Notes under the pieces: generated by a model
The model's input: only the letters and a program-made list of their open reading frames with translations
Database searches by the model: none
Told to the model about the DNA's origin: nothing
Program-made: the position numbers and the translations under genes
Part shown: one piece after another, positions 13,341-21,895 of the stretch
Layout of the letters: each line of letters begins with the position of its first letter
How positions within the stretch are numbered: position 1 is the stretch's first letter
DNA from: an uncultured Planctomycetaceae bacterium
Lineage (GTDB): Bacteria > Planctomycetota > Planctomycetia > Planctomycetales > Planctomycetaceae
Direction: 5' to 3'
Assembly (NCBI GenBank): GCA_963815195.1
Contig: CAWFGE010000015.1
Span: 608,001-672,000, forward strand
Length of the DNA: 64,000 bases

Positions 13341-13415
13341 TCGAAGTTAAAAAGCCAGGGCCGAGCGCCCAGTCGCTCAATTCTCAAAGACGAATCCGCT
13401 GACCCGAACCAAAAT

Positions 13416-13449
13416 AAAACGCCCGCTCGCGGTTGCGAACGGGCGTTTT
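13416..13449. terminator. Bidirectional terminator-like hairpin
   Basis: AAAACGCCCG...CGGGCGTTTT between convergent genes. Confidence 0.7.
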
Positions 13450-13484
13450 CTCATTGCATCGGGACGTTCCGGTGAGGGACGGCC

Positions 13485-14171
13485 TTATTCCTTCGATTTG
13501 GTTTTGTCTTTGTTCTTGTTCTGTTTCTGGTTTTGGCCGGACTCGTTCATCGGGGCCGACAGGATCGAGATGTCGCTGGCCTGGCCGACGAAGATCCGGT
13601 CCCGGCCGTGCTTCTTGGCGTTCTTGTCGCCGCGGAAGCCGGCTGTCCGCGTTTCTCCGGTTTTCGAGCCTTCGGACTTCGCGTGGAGTTGTTCGGTCCG
13701 GTCGAATTGGACTTGCACGCGATCGCCGATTTCCAGATCCTCAAGAGCCGATTCGTTTTCATCGCCTTCTTTTTGGGAGGTCTTCTGGTTTTGCTTCGCC
13801 TTTTGATTGGCCCAATGGACTTTCGTCTTGGGCGTCAGGGCGACGAAGTACAGGTTCTGGCGCTGTTTGTCTTTCTTGTTGCCGGCCTGGTTTTGGTCGT
13901 TCTCGTCGGCCTGAAAACTCGGGCCTTGTGAAGGCGACCCCAGCACGGCCAGGTAGTCGGCTTCGACGACCACGGCTCTGCGGGATTGCGGATCGATCAC
14001 CATTTCGCCCATCGCGGTCACGCCCGCGATCGTGCCCGTGATCGTCTGCTGTTGCCCCTTTTGGGCTTGCTGGTTTTTGTCCTGGCTTTTGTCTTTGTCT
14101 TGCTGCTGAGCCAAGACCGGGCTGCCCATCAACATTGCCGTGCACGCCAGTCCCATGAGTAAACTTTTCAT
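13485..14171 (-). CDS. Hypothetical secreted Gln/Lys-rich protein
   Basis: Signal peptide MKSLLMGLACTAMLMGSPVLA; GGAGAG RBS. Confidence 0.7.
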   Translation of the reverse strand: MKSLLMGLACTAMLMGSPVLAQQQDKDKSQDKNQQAQKGQQQTITGTIAGVTAMGEMVIDPQSRRAVVVEADYLAVLGSPSQGPSFQADENDQNQAGNKKDKQRQNLYFVALTPKTKVHWANQKAKQNQKTSQKEGDENESALEDLEIGDRVQVQFDRTEQLHAKSEGSKTGETRTAGFRGDKNAKKHGRDRIFVGQASDISILSAPMNESGQNQKQNKNKDKTKSKE

Positions 14172-14406
14172 CCTGTCTCTCCTTTTCCAATACAAATCAC
14201 AAGAGAACCCGCCGATACGCTGGTGGCGGATTGCCTAAAGGGATTGTGCCAATTCGAGGCCGGAGGAAACAGCGGGGCAGAACTGATTCTTCACTGGGTG
14301 GATTCCCCCGCGTTGCGAAGTTTTCGGAAGAATTCCACATCTCGCCTTGACCGCCGTGGGATTTTCGCTCTGACAACGTCATCGGAAGGAACGGCCCTGC
14401 CTCGCC

Positions 14407-15546
14407 TCAGGAAATCTGCTGCATTTCTTGCTTGTGGACCGCGGGGACGATGCGATGGTTTCCGGTCAACCGCCATTCGTCGAGAGTGGGCCGGCAAGCC
14501 AAGGTCACATACACAACCGCCGCCGACACGGGGGGAAACGCATATTCGAGGGGCCAGTGGAAATCCCCATACAACCACTTGAGTCCCGCCCCCAACAGAA
14601 ACAGCGCGAGAACGGGAGCCGCGAACACCACGTCGTAGCGGGGGATGATCCAGTGAAAGGTTCTGATCCGCGCCCACAAACTCAGCGGCGGCGAATAGCC
14701 AAACAGGTATCGTATTAAACGGGCGAAAGGCAACACGAGCATGGCGAGAAACGCGAGCCCCACCGATTCTTCGTAGACATGGGCGAGCACGAACACCCAC
14801 CACCCCACGAGCACCGCCAACGCCGCGGCCCAACCGTAGGAAATACAATGCCGCTCCCGCTTGGGCGCCAGAGAATCATACGGCCAGCCGAGTTTCCAGT
14901 TTTGGCTTTGACTGCGAATGGTGTCCGAAGCTAAAGAAATTCGGTCCGTCAACACGGGCAGACCAGGTTGCTTTAGCCACAGGCTGAGGCCGTGATATGC
15001 AATCCCATAAACCGCAAGAAACAACAGCCCCAAGCCCCACGGGTTTGGCGCCAACAGCACCGCTCCGCCGAGGCCGAACCCGAGCAGCCAGGCGTGCCGG
15101 TCCACTCCCGTGCGGACAAACCCGATCGCCACGCACGCCAAATACATCGCCAAAAACACGCCGGGAACCATCCACCACGCCTCCGGCCAATGCCGGGCCC
15201 CCAAGGCCGTAAGCACGCCGACGACAATCCCATCCTGCGGCACGAGATGGATCGGCCCCACCGGCAAAGGCAGCCCCGGACGCCAGGGCGTTTGATTCAG
15301 CCAGGTCCGGTAGTCCGCCATGAAGGCCGGATGAAACGCAAACGCCCGCATCGCGGCATGACCCGCCGCGGCCAAGCCAAGCAGCGGAATCTGCAGCGGC
15401 TCCCAATTCCCATCGAGCGGAAAGCCGCCCTTCCCGCCCACCACGAGCCAATAAGCCAGTTGGGGAAGATAAGACACGGCATACGCCACCGCAAACCCGA
15501 ACGCCAGCCCGTTAAAAGGCAGCACCACGCGGAACCAGGCTCTCAT
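14407..15546 (-). CDS. Multi-pass membrane protein, probable ABC permease
   Basis: Many hydrophobic segments; start overlaps the stop of the ABC ATPase. Confidence 0.75.
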   Translation of the reverse strand: MRAWFRVVLPFNGLAFGFAVAYAVSYLPQLAYWLVVGGKGGFPLDGNWEPLQIPLLGLAAAGHAAMRAFAFHPAFMADYRTWLNQTPWRPGLPLPVGPIHLVPQDGIVVGVLTALGARHWPEAWWMVPGVFLAMYLACVAIGFVRTGVDRHAWLLGFGLGGAVLLAPNPWGLGLLFLAVYGIAYHGLSLWLKQPGLPVLTDRISLASDTIRSQSQNWKLGWPYDSLAPKRERHCISYGWAAALAVLVGWWVFVLAHVYEESVGLAFLAMLVLPFARLIRYLFGYSPPLSLWARIRTFHWIIPRYDVVFAAPVLALFLLGAGLKWLYGDFHWPLEYAFPPVSAAVVYVTLACRPTLDEWRLTGNHRIVPAVHKQEMQQIS

Positions 15547-16322
15547 CGCTCCTCCCGCGCAAAATAGGCGTCCACATTGATGAGGGTTTCGGGAAAGATC
15601 ACGCGGCCGAGCATCTCGTCCAGGTTCCCCGTGTAGCCCGTCTCCCGGCGAATCTCTTCGAGCGTGCCGTCGATGGCGATGCGGCCCTCGCGAATCACGA
15701 TCAAGCGGTCCGCGATTTCCGCGACGAGTTCGGGCACGGGCGACGTGAGCACGATCGTCACGCCCTGCTCCAGCGACAACCGCCGGAGCACCTGCTTGAG
15801 CGCCATGATCCCGGACGGATCGAGCCCGCCGGAGAACGGCTCATCCAAGAGCAGCACCTCCGCATCCGTGACCAGCGCGGACGAGAGCGCGATCTTTTTC
15901 TGCTGCCCGGCCGAGTAGGTGCGGATCGGCGAATCCGCGAGTTCGGCCAATTGAAACAGATTCAATAGCCGCTGGGCATGGTCGACCAGCCGGTTCTCGT
16001 CGATTTCATAAATCCGGCCGACGGCGAGCAAAAACTCGCGGCCGGTGCGGTTCTTGGGGAGAAAGGCGCGGTCCGGGAGAAACACGACTCGCTTGCGGAG
16101 GGCGAGTTCGTTTTCCACGCTCGACCGCCGGCGGAGGCCCTCGATCTCGACGTAGCCGTGCTGCGGTTCCAACACGCCGCCGAGCACGCTGAGCAGCGTC
16201 GTCTTCCCCATCCCGTTCGGCCCGATCACCACCGACCGGCTCCCCGCCGGGATGTCGAGCGAGATATTCTTCAAGACGGGTTTGACGCCGTAATGCTGGG
16301 TGACATCGACCACGCGAATCAT
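15543..16322 (-). CDS. ABC transporter ATP-binding protein
   Basis: GPNGMGKT, YSAGQQKK, LLLDEP. Confidence 0.92.
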   Translation of the reverse strand: MIRVVDVTQHYGVKPVLKNISLDIPAGSRSVVIGPNGMGKTTLLSVLGGVLEPQHGYVEIEGLRRRSSVENELALRKRVVFLPDRAFLPKNRTGREFLLAVGRIYEIDENRLVDHAQRLLNLFQLAELADSPIRTYSAGQQKKIALSSALVTDAEVLLLDEPFSGGLDPSGIMALKQVLRRLSLEQGVTIVLTSPVPELVAEIADRLIVIREGRIAIDGTLEEIRRETGYTGNLDEMLGRVIFPETLINVDAYFAREER

Positions 16323-16465
16323 CAGGAGACCTTGTCCCGGGGCTTCGATTGTGCGATAGATTGGGAAACGCAGTGCACAAGGAACAGGTTCACCGCAATC
16401 CGCCGGAATTGCAAGACGGAGATTGGTAAAACGCGAGAGAGCAAGAGCAGATAGGGGTAGTCCCT

Positions 16466-16583
16466 GTAGGGCAGGCTCCCGCCTGCCTTTCTTTCGGAGT
16501 AGGTTCCCGGGAACGTGTGCACGGCGAGAATTGGGCATTTCAACAATGACCAACAAAAGAAGGCAGGCGGGAGCCTGCCCTAC
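16466..16583. repeat. GTAG-type REP inverted pair (REPIN-like)
   Basis: GTAGGGCAGGCTCCCGCCTGCCTT ... AAGGCAGGCGGGAGCCTGCCCTAC, perfect inverted arms. Confidence 0.85.
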
Positions 16584-16605
16584 TCGGTTCTAAGGAGCAA
16601 TCGCC

Positions 16606-16977
16606 GTGATTAGCGATACCGACATGTGTCAACGACTCAACCTTGTGCGGACATTCGGATCGTTCGTTCTGCAAGAAGTGGGTGGGGAAGGTGACGCGAA
16701 TGTCATTTCCGTAAAGGCTGTCCCGAAAGCCACTGGCGTATACTGGATTGGAGGGACGACCGTTGCCAAATCCGGTGTGGAAATAGACTCTGTCTTTCGA
16801 GTCGATACCAATACCGGAGGCACCCTACTATCGGTCTTCTGGTGGATCAGTGGGAAATGGTATAAACATGAAGATGATGATGCGTTAGTCGCGTTAGGGC
16901 TATTAAAGGAAGAAGCATTTCCGTTCGACTGGCGATTCACCACGCCATTGGAAGAGGATATTTTTCACCCCACGTAG
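16606..16977 (+). CDS. Hypothetical protein (possible immunity-type cassette gene)
   Basis: AAGGAG RBS, 123 aa, lower GC; the stop codon abuts the 87-bp repeat. Confidence 0.6.
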   Translation: MISDTDMCQRLNLVRTFGSFVLQEVGGEGDANVISVKAVPKATGVYWIGGTTVAKSGVEIDSVFRVDTNTGGTLLSVFWWISGKWYKHEDDDALVALGLLKEEAFPFDWRFTTPLEEDIFHPT

Positions 16978-17063
16978 GCGGCGGGGTGGCACTGTTAGTT
17001 CTGTTAATTCGGGGTTGTTAACAGTCTTTCGGGTGCCACTGGCAACTTGTTGCCAGTGCTTTC
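16977..17063 (+). repeat. 87-bp composite repeat, copy 1
   Basis: Matches 17581..17667 with one mismatch; contains the palindrome GGGTGCCACTGGCAACTTGTTGCCAGTG, whose inverted partner lies at 17115-17143. Confidence 0.9.
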
Positions 17064-17172
17064 CAGCAGCATGGAATTGGAACGTTTCAAAACTCGATTG
17101 GATTATCCGATTCACACTGGCAGGCAAGCTGCCAGTGGCACCCGGCGTTTCTGACCTTCCACCTGCATTGCA

Positions 17173-17541
17173 ATGAGGTTTACTAGAATGACAGAGTTAT
17201 ACTTCGAAGAAGACGGCGTGGTTTCTTTATGGGTTGGCCAAAAGCGAGTTGCGACCGGATCAAATTTCCTTCGAGATAAATATGGGATCGAATATTATGA
17301 TCCAGATAACCAAGAGTGTGTTATAGAGGAATCGGTCACTCCCCTTTTTGACCTCCTATCGCAATTGTCGTACTCGGAGTCTTTTCGGGACGACGCATTT
17401 GAAGCTGCAAAGCATCTCGGCATCACGTCGGCACTATGGATAATGGCGCAATACGATTACGCCTATGATCCTGTTGCTGCCGGTTTGACTGCAATGCCTG
17501 ATGAACCTGTATTCATAGGTAGATTTGGCTGGCATGAATAG
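17173..17541 (+). CDS. Imm22 (DUF4284)-like immunity protein
   Basis: VVSLWVG, YGIEYYDPD..E, LL..LSYS.SF, YDYAYD and FIG pattern; acidic; start may be 17188. Confidence 0.6.
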   Translation: MRFTRMTELYFEEDGVVSLWVGQKRVATGSNFLRDKYGIEYYDPDNQECVIEESVTPLFDLLSQLSYSESFRDDAFEAAKHLGITSALWIMAQYDYAYDPVAAGLTAMPDEPVFIGRFGWHE

Positions 17542-17580
17542 CACGATCCCGCCGGCAATCGCATTTCGGAGGAAGCCGAT

Positions 17581-17667
17581 GGCGGCGGGGTGGCACTGTT
17601 AATTCTGTTAATTCGGGGTTGTTAACAGTCTTTCGGGTGCCACTGGCAACTTGTTGCCAGTGCTTTC
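17581..17667 (+). repeat. 87-bp composite repeat, copy 2
   Basis: Direct repeat of 16977..17063. Confidence 0.9.
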
Positions 17668-17688
17668 TAAGACGATCTTCCGAACGAC

Positions 17689-18105
17689 ATGAATCCCTCA
17701 ATCCGAAGAACGGACCCCAGAATGGCAGACCGTCGAAAAACCGTGAAACACTACCATGAGCCGGGGGATTGTCACGAGCTGACGTTTTCCTGTTATCGCC
17801 GAATGCCGTTGTTGACCAATGATCCTTGGCGAAAGCTGTTGGCCAGGCAGATTGACACCGCCAACGAACGCCATGCGTTCCGTTTGGTCGCTTTTGTATT
17901 CATGCCGGAGCATCTGCATCTTTTGGTTTATCCCGTGGGAGAGTCGGAGGTCAGCGATTTGCTCAAGGCCATCAAGAAACCGTTTTCGTTCCGGATCAAA
18001 GGGCTTCTCAAAGAACAAAACAGTCCGTTGCTGAACCGCCTTACGATTCGAGAACGCCCCGGCAAGATGTCTTTCCGATACTGGCAAGAAGGAGGAGTGA
18101 CGTAG
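17689..18105 (+). mobile_element. REP-associated tyrosine (Y1/HUH, RAYT-like) transposase, 3'-truncated
   Basis: HELTFSCYRR, FVFMPEHLHLL (HUH) and YWQEGG; the stop is supplied by the GTAG of a REP, and the catalytic-Tyr (YI..NP) segment is absent. Confidence 0.85.
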
Positions 18106-18234
18106 GGCCGGCTGTGCCGGCCTTTTCGACGAAGGGAATCGTACTTATGCCCAATTGGCGGCTGGGTATGCCGGCCATTTGGTGCGAGAAAAATCGTTGT
18201 GTCAAAAACAAAAGGCCGGCACAGCCGGCCCTAC
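18102..18234. repeat. GTAG-type REP inverted pair
   Basis: GTAGGGCCGGCTGTGCCGGCCTTTT ... AAAAGGCCGGCACAGCCGGCCCTAC. Confidence 0.85.
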
Positions 18235-18271
18235 TCGGCTCATGCAAAGCCATGAGCATGCCACCCCGCCG

Positions 18272-18337
18272 AGTCAAAAGTGCCGTTGCCGTCGTCATCC
18301 ACGTATTTGGCGATCCGGCGGCCGAAGGCGTCGTAGA
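18272..18337 (-). pseudogene. RHS/YD-repeat gene fragment
   Basis: Reads FYDAFGRRIAKYVDDDGNGTFD (YDxxGRR motif). Confidence 0.6.
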
Positions 18338-18372
18338 ACATGCTCATGCAAAGCCATGAGCATGCCACCCCG

Positions 18373-18635
18373 CCGTGCTGCGGTTCCAAGACGCCCCCCA
18401 GCACGCTCAACAGCGTCGTCTTCCCCATGCCGTTGGGCCCAATGACCACCGACCGGCTCCCCGCGGGGATGTCGAGCGAGATATTCTTCAACACGGGTTT
18501 CACGCCGTAATGCTGGGTGACATCGACCACGCGAATCATCGAGGAGACCTTGTGGAGGGGGGCTGCCATCGTGCGAGAGATTGCCGAACGCAGTGCACAA
18601 GGAACAGGTTCACCGCAATCCGGCGGAATTGCAAG
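18373..18635 (-). pseudogene. Second copy of the ABC ATPase 5' end plus its upstream region
   Basis: Encodes the same 56 aa as 16156-16322; truncated by a repeat. Confidence 0.9.
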
Positions 18636-18887
18636 TCATGGATTTCTCAATCCGCCCAATGTACGATACCAATCGCCCCCCTGCCCCATTGCCGGCGAGG
18701 CCCAACCTGTTATTGCCGCGGCGGGGTGACATGCTCATGGCTTTGCATGAGCATGTCTTCTGCAGGTTCGATGAGTCCGCGAGGTGACTTTGCCATTGGA
18801 TTGAGGGGCCGTGTCTTTGATGCCGAGAAATCAGGGCTTCGTCAAAACTCATGCTCATGCAAAGCCATGAGCATGCCACCCCGCCGT

Positions 18888-19913
18888 TCACCCATTCAGC
18901 CAGAGGATGAGACTTAGGAGCGCTAACAAGATAACCCAAACGAGGATCGCCCGCCAAGTGGCCTTTTTGGCCCGTTCTGCTTCCCACCAGCTTCGAGGCC
19001 GAACTCCTTGTGCAAGAAATGTGGCGACACCGGCCAGATTGATACAGATAAGATTCGCCCCGGACAAAAGAAACGCCCCGAAAGCGAGTGTGAAGTCACC
19101 TTCCCCAACCAACATTCCGCAAACGACGAGTGGAGGTACCAGCGCCACAGCCACCATGACACCGATCACGGCCCCCGACAGTCCTTGGGTGAATGCCAAC
19201 GTTCCGGCGCAGCCGGCCGCTAAAGCCAATAAGATATCGCCTAGCCCAACCTCAGTCCGTGATGCGATGGCGGGAACAGCGGCATCGACCTGGAGCGGAA
19301 CGCCAATAACGACAGCACACGCAAAGGCCACAAGAACTCCGATGATGTTCGTTAACAACGCTCGGCGAAGAAGATCAAAATCCCCCAGCGTCGTCGCAAG
19401 CGACATGGCAACATTCGGGCCCAAGAGAGGAGCGATCACCATCGCTCCAATAATTACAGCGACATCGTCTCGCAATAGCCCCACCGCCGCGACGACGGCC
19501 GAGAGGATGGTCATCCCCAAGAAGACACGGGAAACGCCGAGTCCCTCACTGACCTCGGCGTAGAGTTCCTCGCGGCTAATCCGTTGCTGTGCCGTCTTCT
19601 GTTCCTCTTCTGAGGTGGATTTCGGCTCCGTGCTTTCCTTTTCCTCCGGCGCGACCCGAGGCAGAACCGCTTCGACCGGAAGCAAAATGACATGGAAGCC
19701 TTTGGTGTGGGCGTATTGTTGCTCAAACCGATCCATGATCAGCTCGGTTTCCTCGGCAGGAACTAATAAATGCAACACAATCTGGTTGGCATCGGTGTCT
19801 CGCCAGCGGCCAAGTATCTCATGCCCTTCGAGCAATTCCTTGAGTTGATCCTCGCTGCTCAGCGGAACGAAGATTTGCATGATACGAAGGTTCATCGTTC
19901 GTTCAAGTTCCAA
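18888..19913 (-). CDS. TIGR00341/DUF389 family membrane protein
   Basis: ISREELY, VIIGAMVIAPLLGP, GVMVAVALVPP, NLICINLAG; start may be 19895. Confidence 0.9.
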   Translation of the reverse strand: MELERTMNLRIMQIFVPLSSEDQLKELLEGHEILGRWRDTDANQIVLHLLVPAEETELIMDRFEQQYAHTKGFHVILLPVEAVLPRVAPEEKESTEPKSTSEEEQKTAQQRISREELYAEVSEGLGVSRVFLGMTILSAVVAAVGLLRDDVAVIIGAMVIAPLLGPNVAMSLATTLGDFDLLRRALLTNIIGVLVAFACAVVIGVPLQVDAAVPAIASRTEVGLGDILLALAAGCAGTLAFTQGLSGAVIGVMVAVALVPPLVVCGMLVGEGDFTLAFGAFLLSGANLICINLAGVATFLAQGVRPRSWWEAERAKKATWRAILVWVILLALLSLILWLNG

Positions 19914-19974
19914 ATATCAGGGATTGGAATCGGACAGTTTGTTCAACAAACGTGTGGGGTGTTCTTTCTCCCAT

Positions 19975-20376
19975 TTAATCGAGTATCCCGTCCCAAAAGA
20001 AGAGTTGCCCGTCGACCGCTTTCACGGCTTTGACCTCCCCATCCTGAGACACGATCAAGCCAATGGCTTGCTCGCATTTGTGGCAGACGGAAAAAACCGA
20101 CTGGTGCCGCAGTCCCCACTGGTCACACAAGTACTCGGTCCCGGTCAGGGCATCCACTACAGCGGTTTCCGGCGGAAGGAGAAGGGGGAATCGCACGCCA
20201 AATCCTTGAAGTCGGAGGTGGCCATCGAGAAGAACGGCTCCATCAACGGCCGCCAGCAAGCTGATCTGACTGATGCCTCGAATCAGTTGTCGGCTCATGC
20301 GGTGCATCGAAAGTTCCGCCTGGCAGCGTGCCAATTCGGCCGTAGGATCTGATGAGGACTGCGGCGCACGCAGCAA
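19975..20376 (-). pseudogene. DisA_N/diadenylate-cyclase-like C-terminal fragment
   Basis: LAAVDGAVLL, GLRHQS and IVSQDG motifs; no convincing start, and the 5' side abuts a REP pair. Confidence 0.6.
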
Positions 20377-20388
20377 ATCATCCAGTAA

Positions 20389-20452
20389 GTAGGGTGGGCA
20401 CCGCCCACCAATGGTTTCCTGATTCCATGTTGGTGGGCGATGCCCATCCTAC
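20389..20452. repeat. GTAG-type REP inverted pair
   Basis: GTAGGGTGGGCACCGCCCACC ... GGTGGGCGATGCCCATCCTAC; related pair at ~57941-57996. Confidence 0.75.
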
Positions 20453-20479
20453 TTTCTACGGGGGACGCGAGACTGGATT

Positions 20480-21852
20480 CTAACCGAATAGCGCCGCGAT
20501 CGGGCGGCCTTCGCAGAATTTGAGGGGGCGGCCCAGGGGGTCGCGGAGCGTTTGGTCGGGGGCGATGCCCAGGGCCTCGTAGACGGTGGCGGCGTAATCG
20601 AGCGGGGAGACGGGGCGTTCTTCCGGGTAGCCGCCCTGCGAATCGCTGGCTCCGTAAACCGCCCCGCCCCGAATCCCGCCGCCGGCGAAGAGACCGGAAT
20701 AGCAGAACGGCCAATGCTCGCGCCCGGCGTTGCCTTGGGTGATATTCGGGCTTGCGGCCGAACTCGCCGACCCAGGCGACGAGGGTTTCGTCCAAGAGGC
20801 CGCGCTCGGAGAGATCGTCCAAGAGCGCGACGAGCGCGGTTTCCGCCGGCGGCAAGAGGTCGTTCTTGAGGCGATGGAAATTGTTGCTGTGCGTGTCCCA
20901 GAACGCGTGGCCGTCGTTGTGCCAGTTGACCGAAACCAACGGCACGCCGCGCTCGACAAGCCGGCGGGCGAGGAGCACGCTTTGCCCGTGGATATTCCGC
21001 CCGTAGCGGTCGCGGAGCGTGTCCGCTTCTTGGGAAAGATCAAACGCCTCGCGGGCGGCTTTCGCGGTCAATAGGCCGAAGGCTTGCTGTTGATAGCCGG
21101 TCCAGGACGCGTTCTCGGCCCGTTTCGCCAATCGGCCGCGGGCCTCGTCGAGCGAGGTCAGGAGTTCCTGCCGGCGGACGAGACGCTGCGCGGTGAGGCC
21201 GTCCTGCAGAGACGAGTTCCGGGACGTTCCAGCCGGGGGCGTTGGGGTCGCCGGTGACGAGAAACGGGTCGTACTTCTTCCCCAGCCAACCGCCGTGCTG
21301 TCCGGGAGCCCGGCCGCCGGGTGCTGCGGGGTGAAAGACTTTCCAGGGGACCATCACCGCCGCGGGCAGTTCGCCGGTACTGGGCCGAAGCTTCGCCAGC
21401 ACGGCCCCCATGTGCGGCGTATCTTTTTCGCTCGGCGGATCCTGATCGCTTTTGACGACCGGAGCCCAATGCCCCGTCACGGTCGCATGCCCGCTGGAAA
21501 GATGGGCGGCATCATCGTGCGAGAGCGAACGAATCACCGCGACCCGGTCCATCCGCCGGGCGATCTGCGGCAAATGTTCGCAAACGATGGTGCCGGGGAC
21601 GTTGGTGGCGATGGGATGGAACTCACCGCGAACTTCCGCGGGGGCATCGGGCTTGGGGTCCAGACGTATCCAGATGACTGGGACCGCCCCAGAGGAAAAT
21701 AAAGATGCAAGCCTTCGCCCTGCCCTCTTTCGGTGGCTTCGTCTTGGCGGCGAAGAGATCCGGAACGTGAGACCCAACGTGCCGAGCGTGCCGACTTCCA
21801 GCAACCGCCGGCGGTTTAGGACATGCATCGGCTGGTGATCGCGAGAATTCAT
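20480..21852 (-). CDS. DUF1501 domain protein (several frameshifts)
   Basis: FLWGGPSHLD, DPKPDAPAEVRGEF, LLARRLVERGV, WDTH, GEFGR and GREHW spread over three frames. Confidence 0.85.
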
Positions 21853-21895
21853 GGCTCGACTTCGACCGCAAGCGGTCGGCTTGGGTGGTTCTTGT

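Larger units (their letters stand above)
18238..18885. repeat. Four copies of a ~35-bp palindromic repeat (CATGCTCATGCAAAGCCATGAGCATGCCACCCCGCC)
   Basis: Copies at ~18238, 18339, 18720 (reverse) and 18850; another copy at 48501. Confidence 0.9.

Noticed and set aside
14236..14252. sigma54 promoter (minus-strand TGGCAC)
   Set aside because: The -12 TTGC element is not present at the required spacing.
16606..17667. Classical integron with attC sites
   Set aside because: No tyrosine-recombinase integrase is present, and I could not confirm the attC R''/R' box organisation by eye.
18238..18885. CRISPR array made of the ~35-bp palindromic repeats
   Set aside because: Mixed orientations, very unequal intervening lengths (about 66, 345 and 94 bp), and no cas genes.
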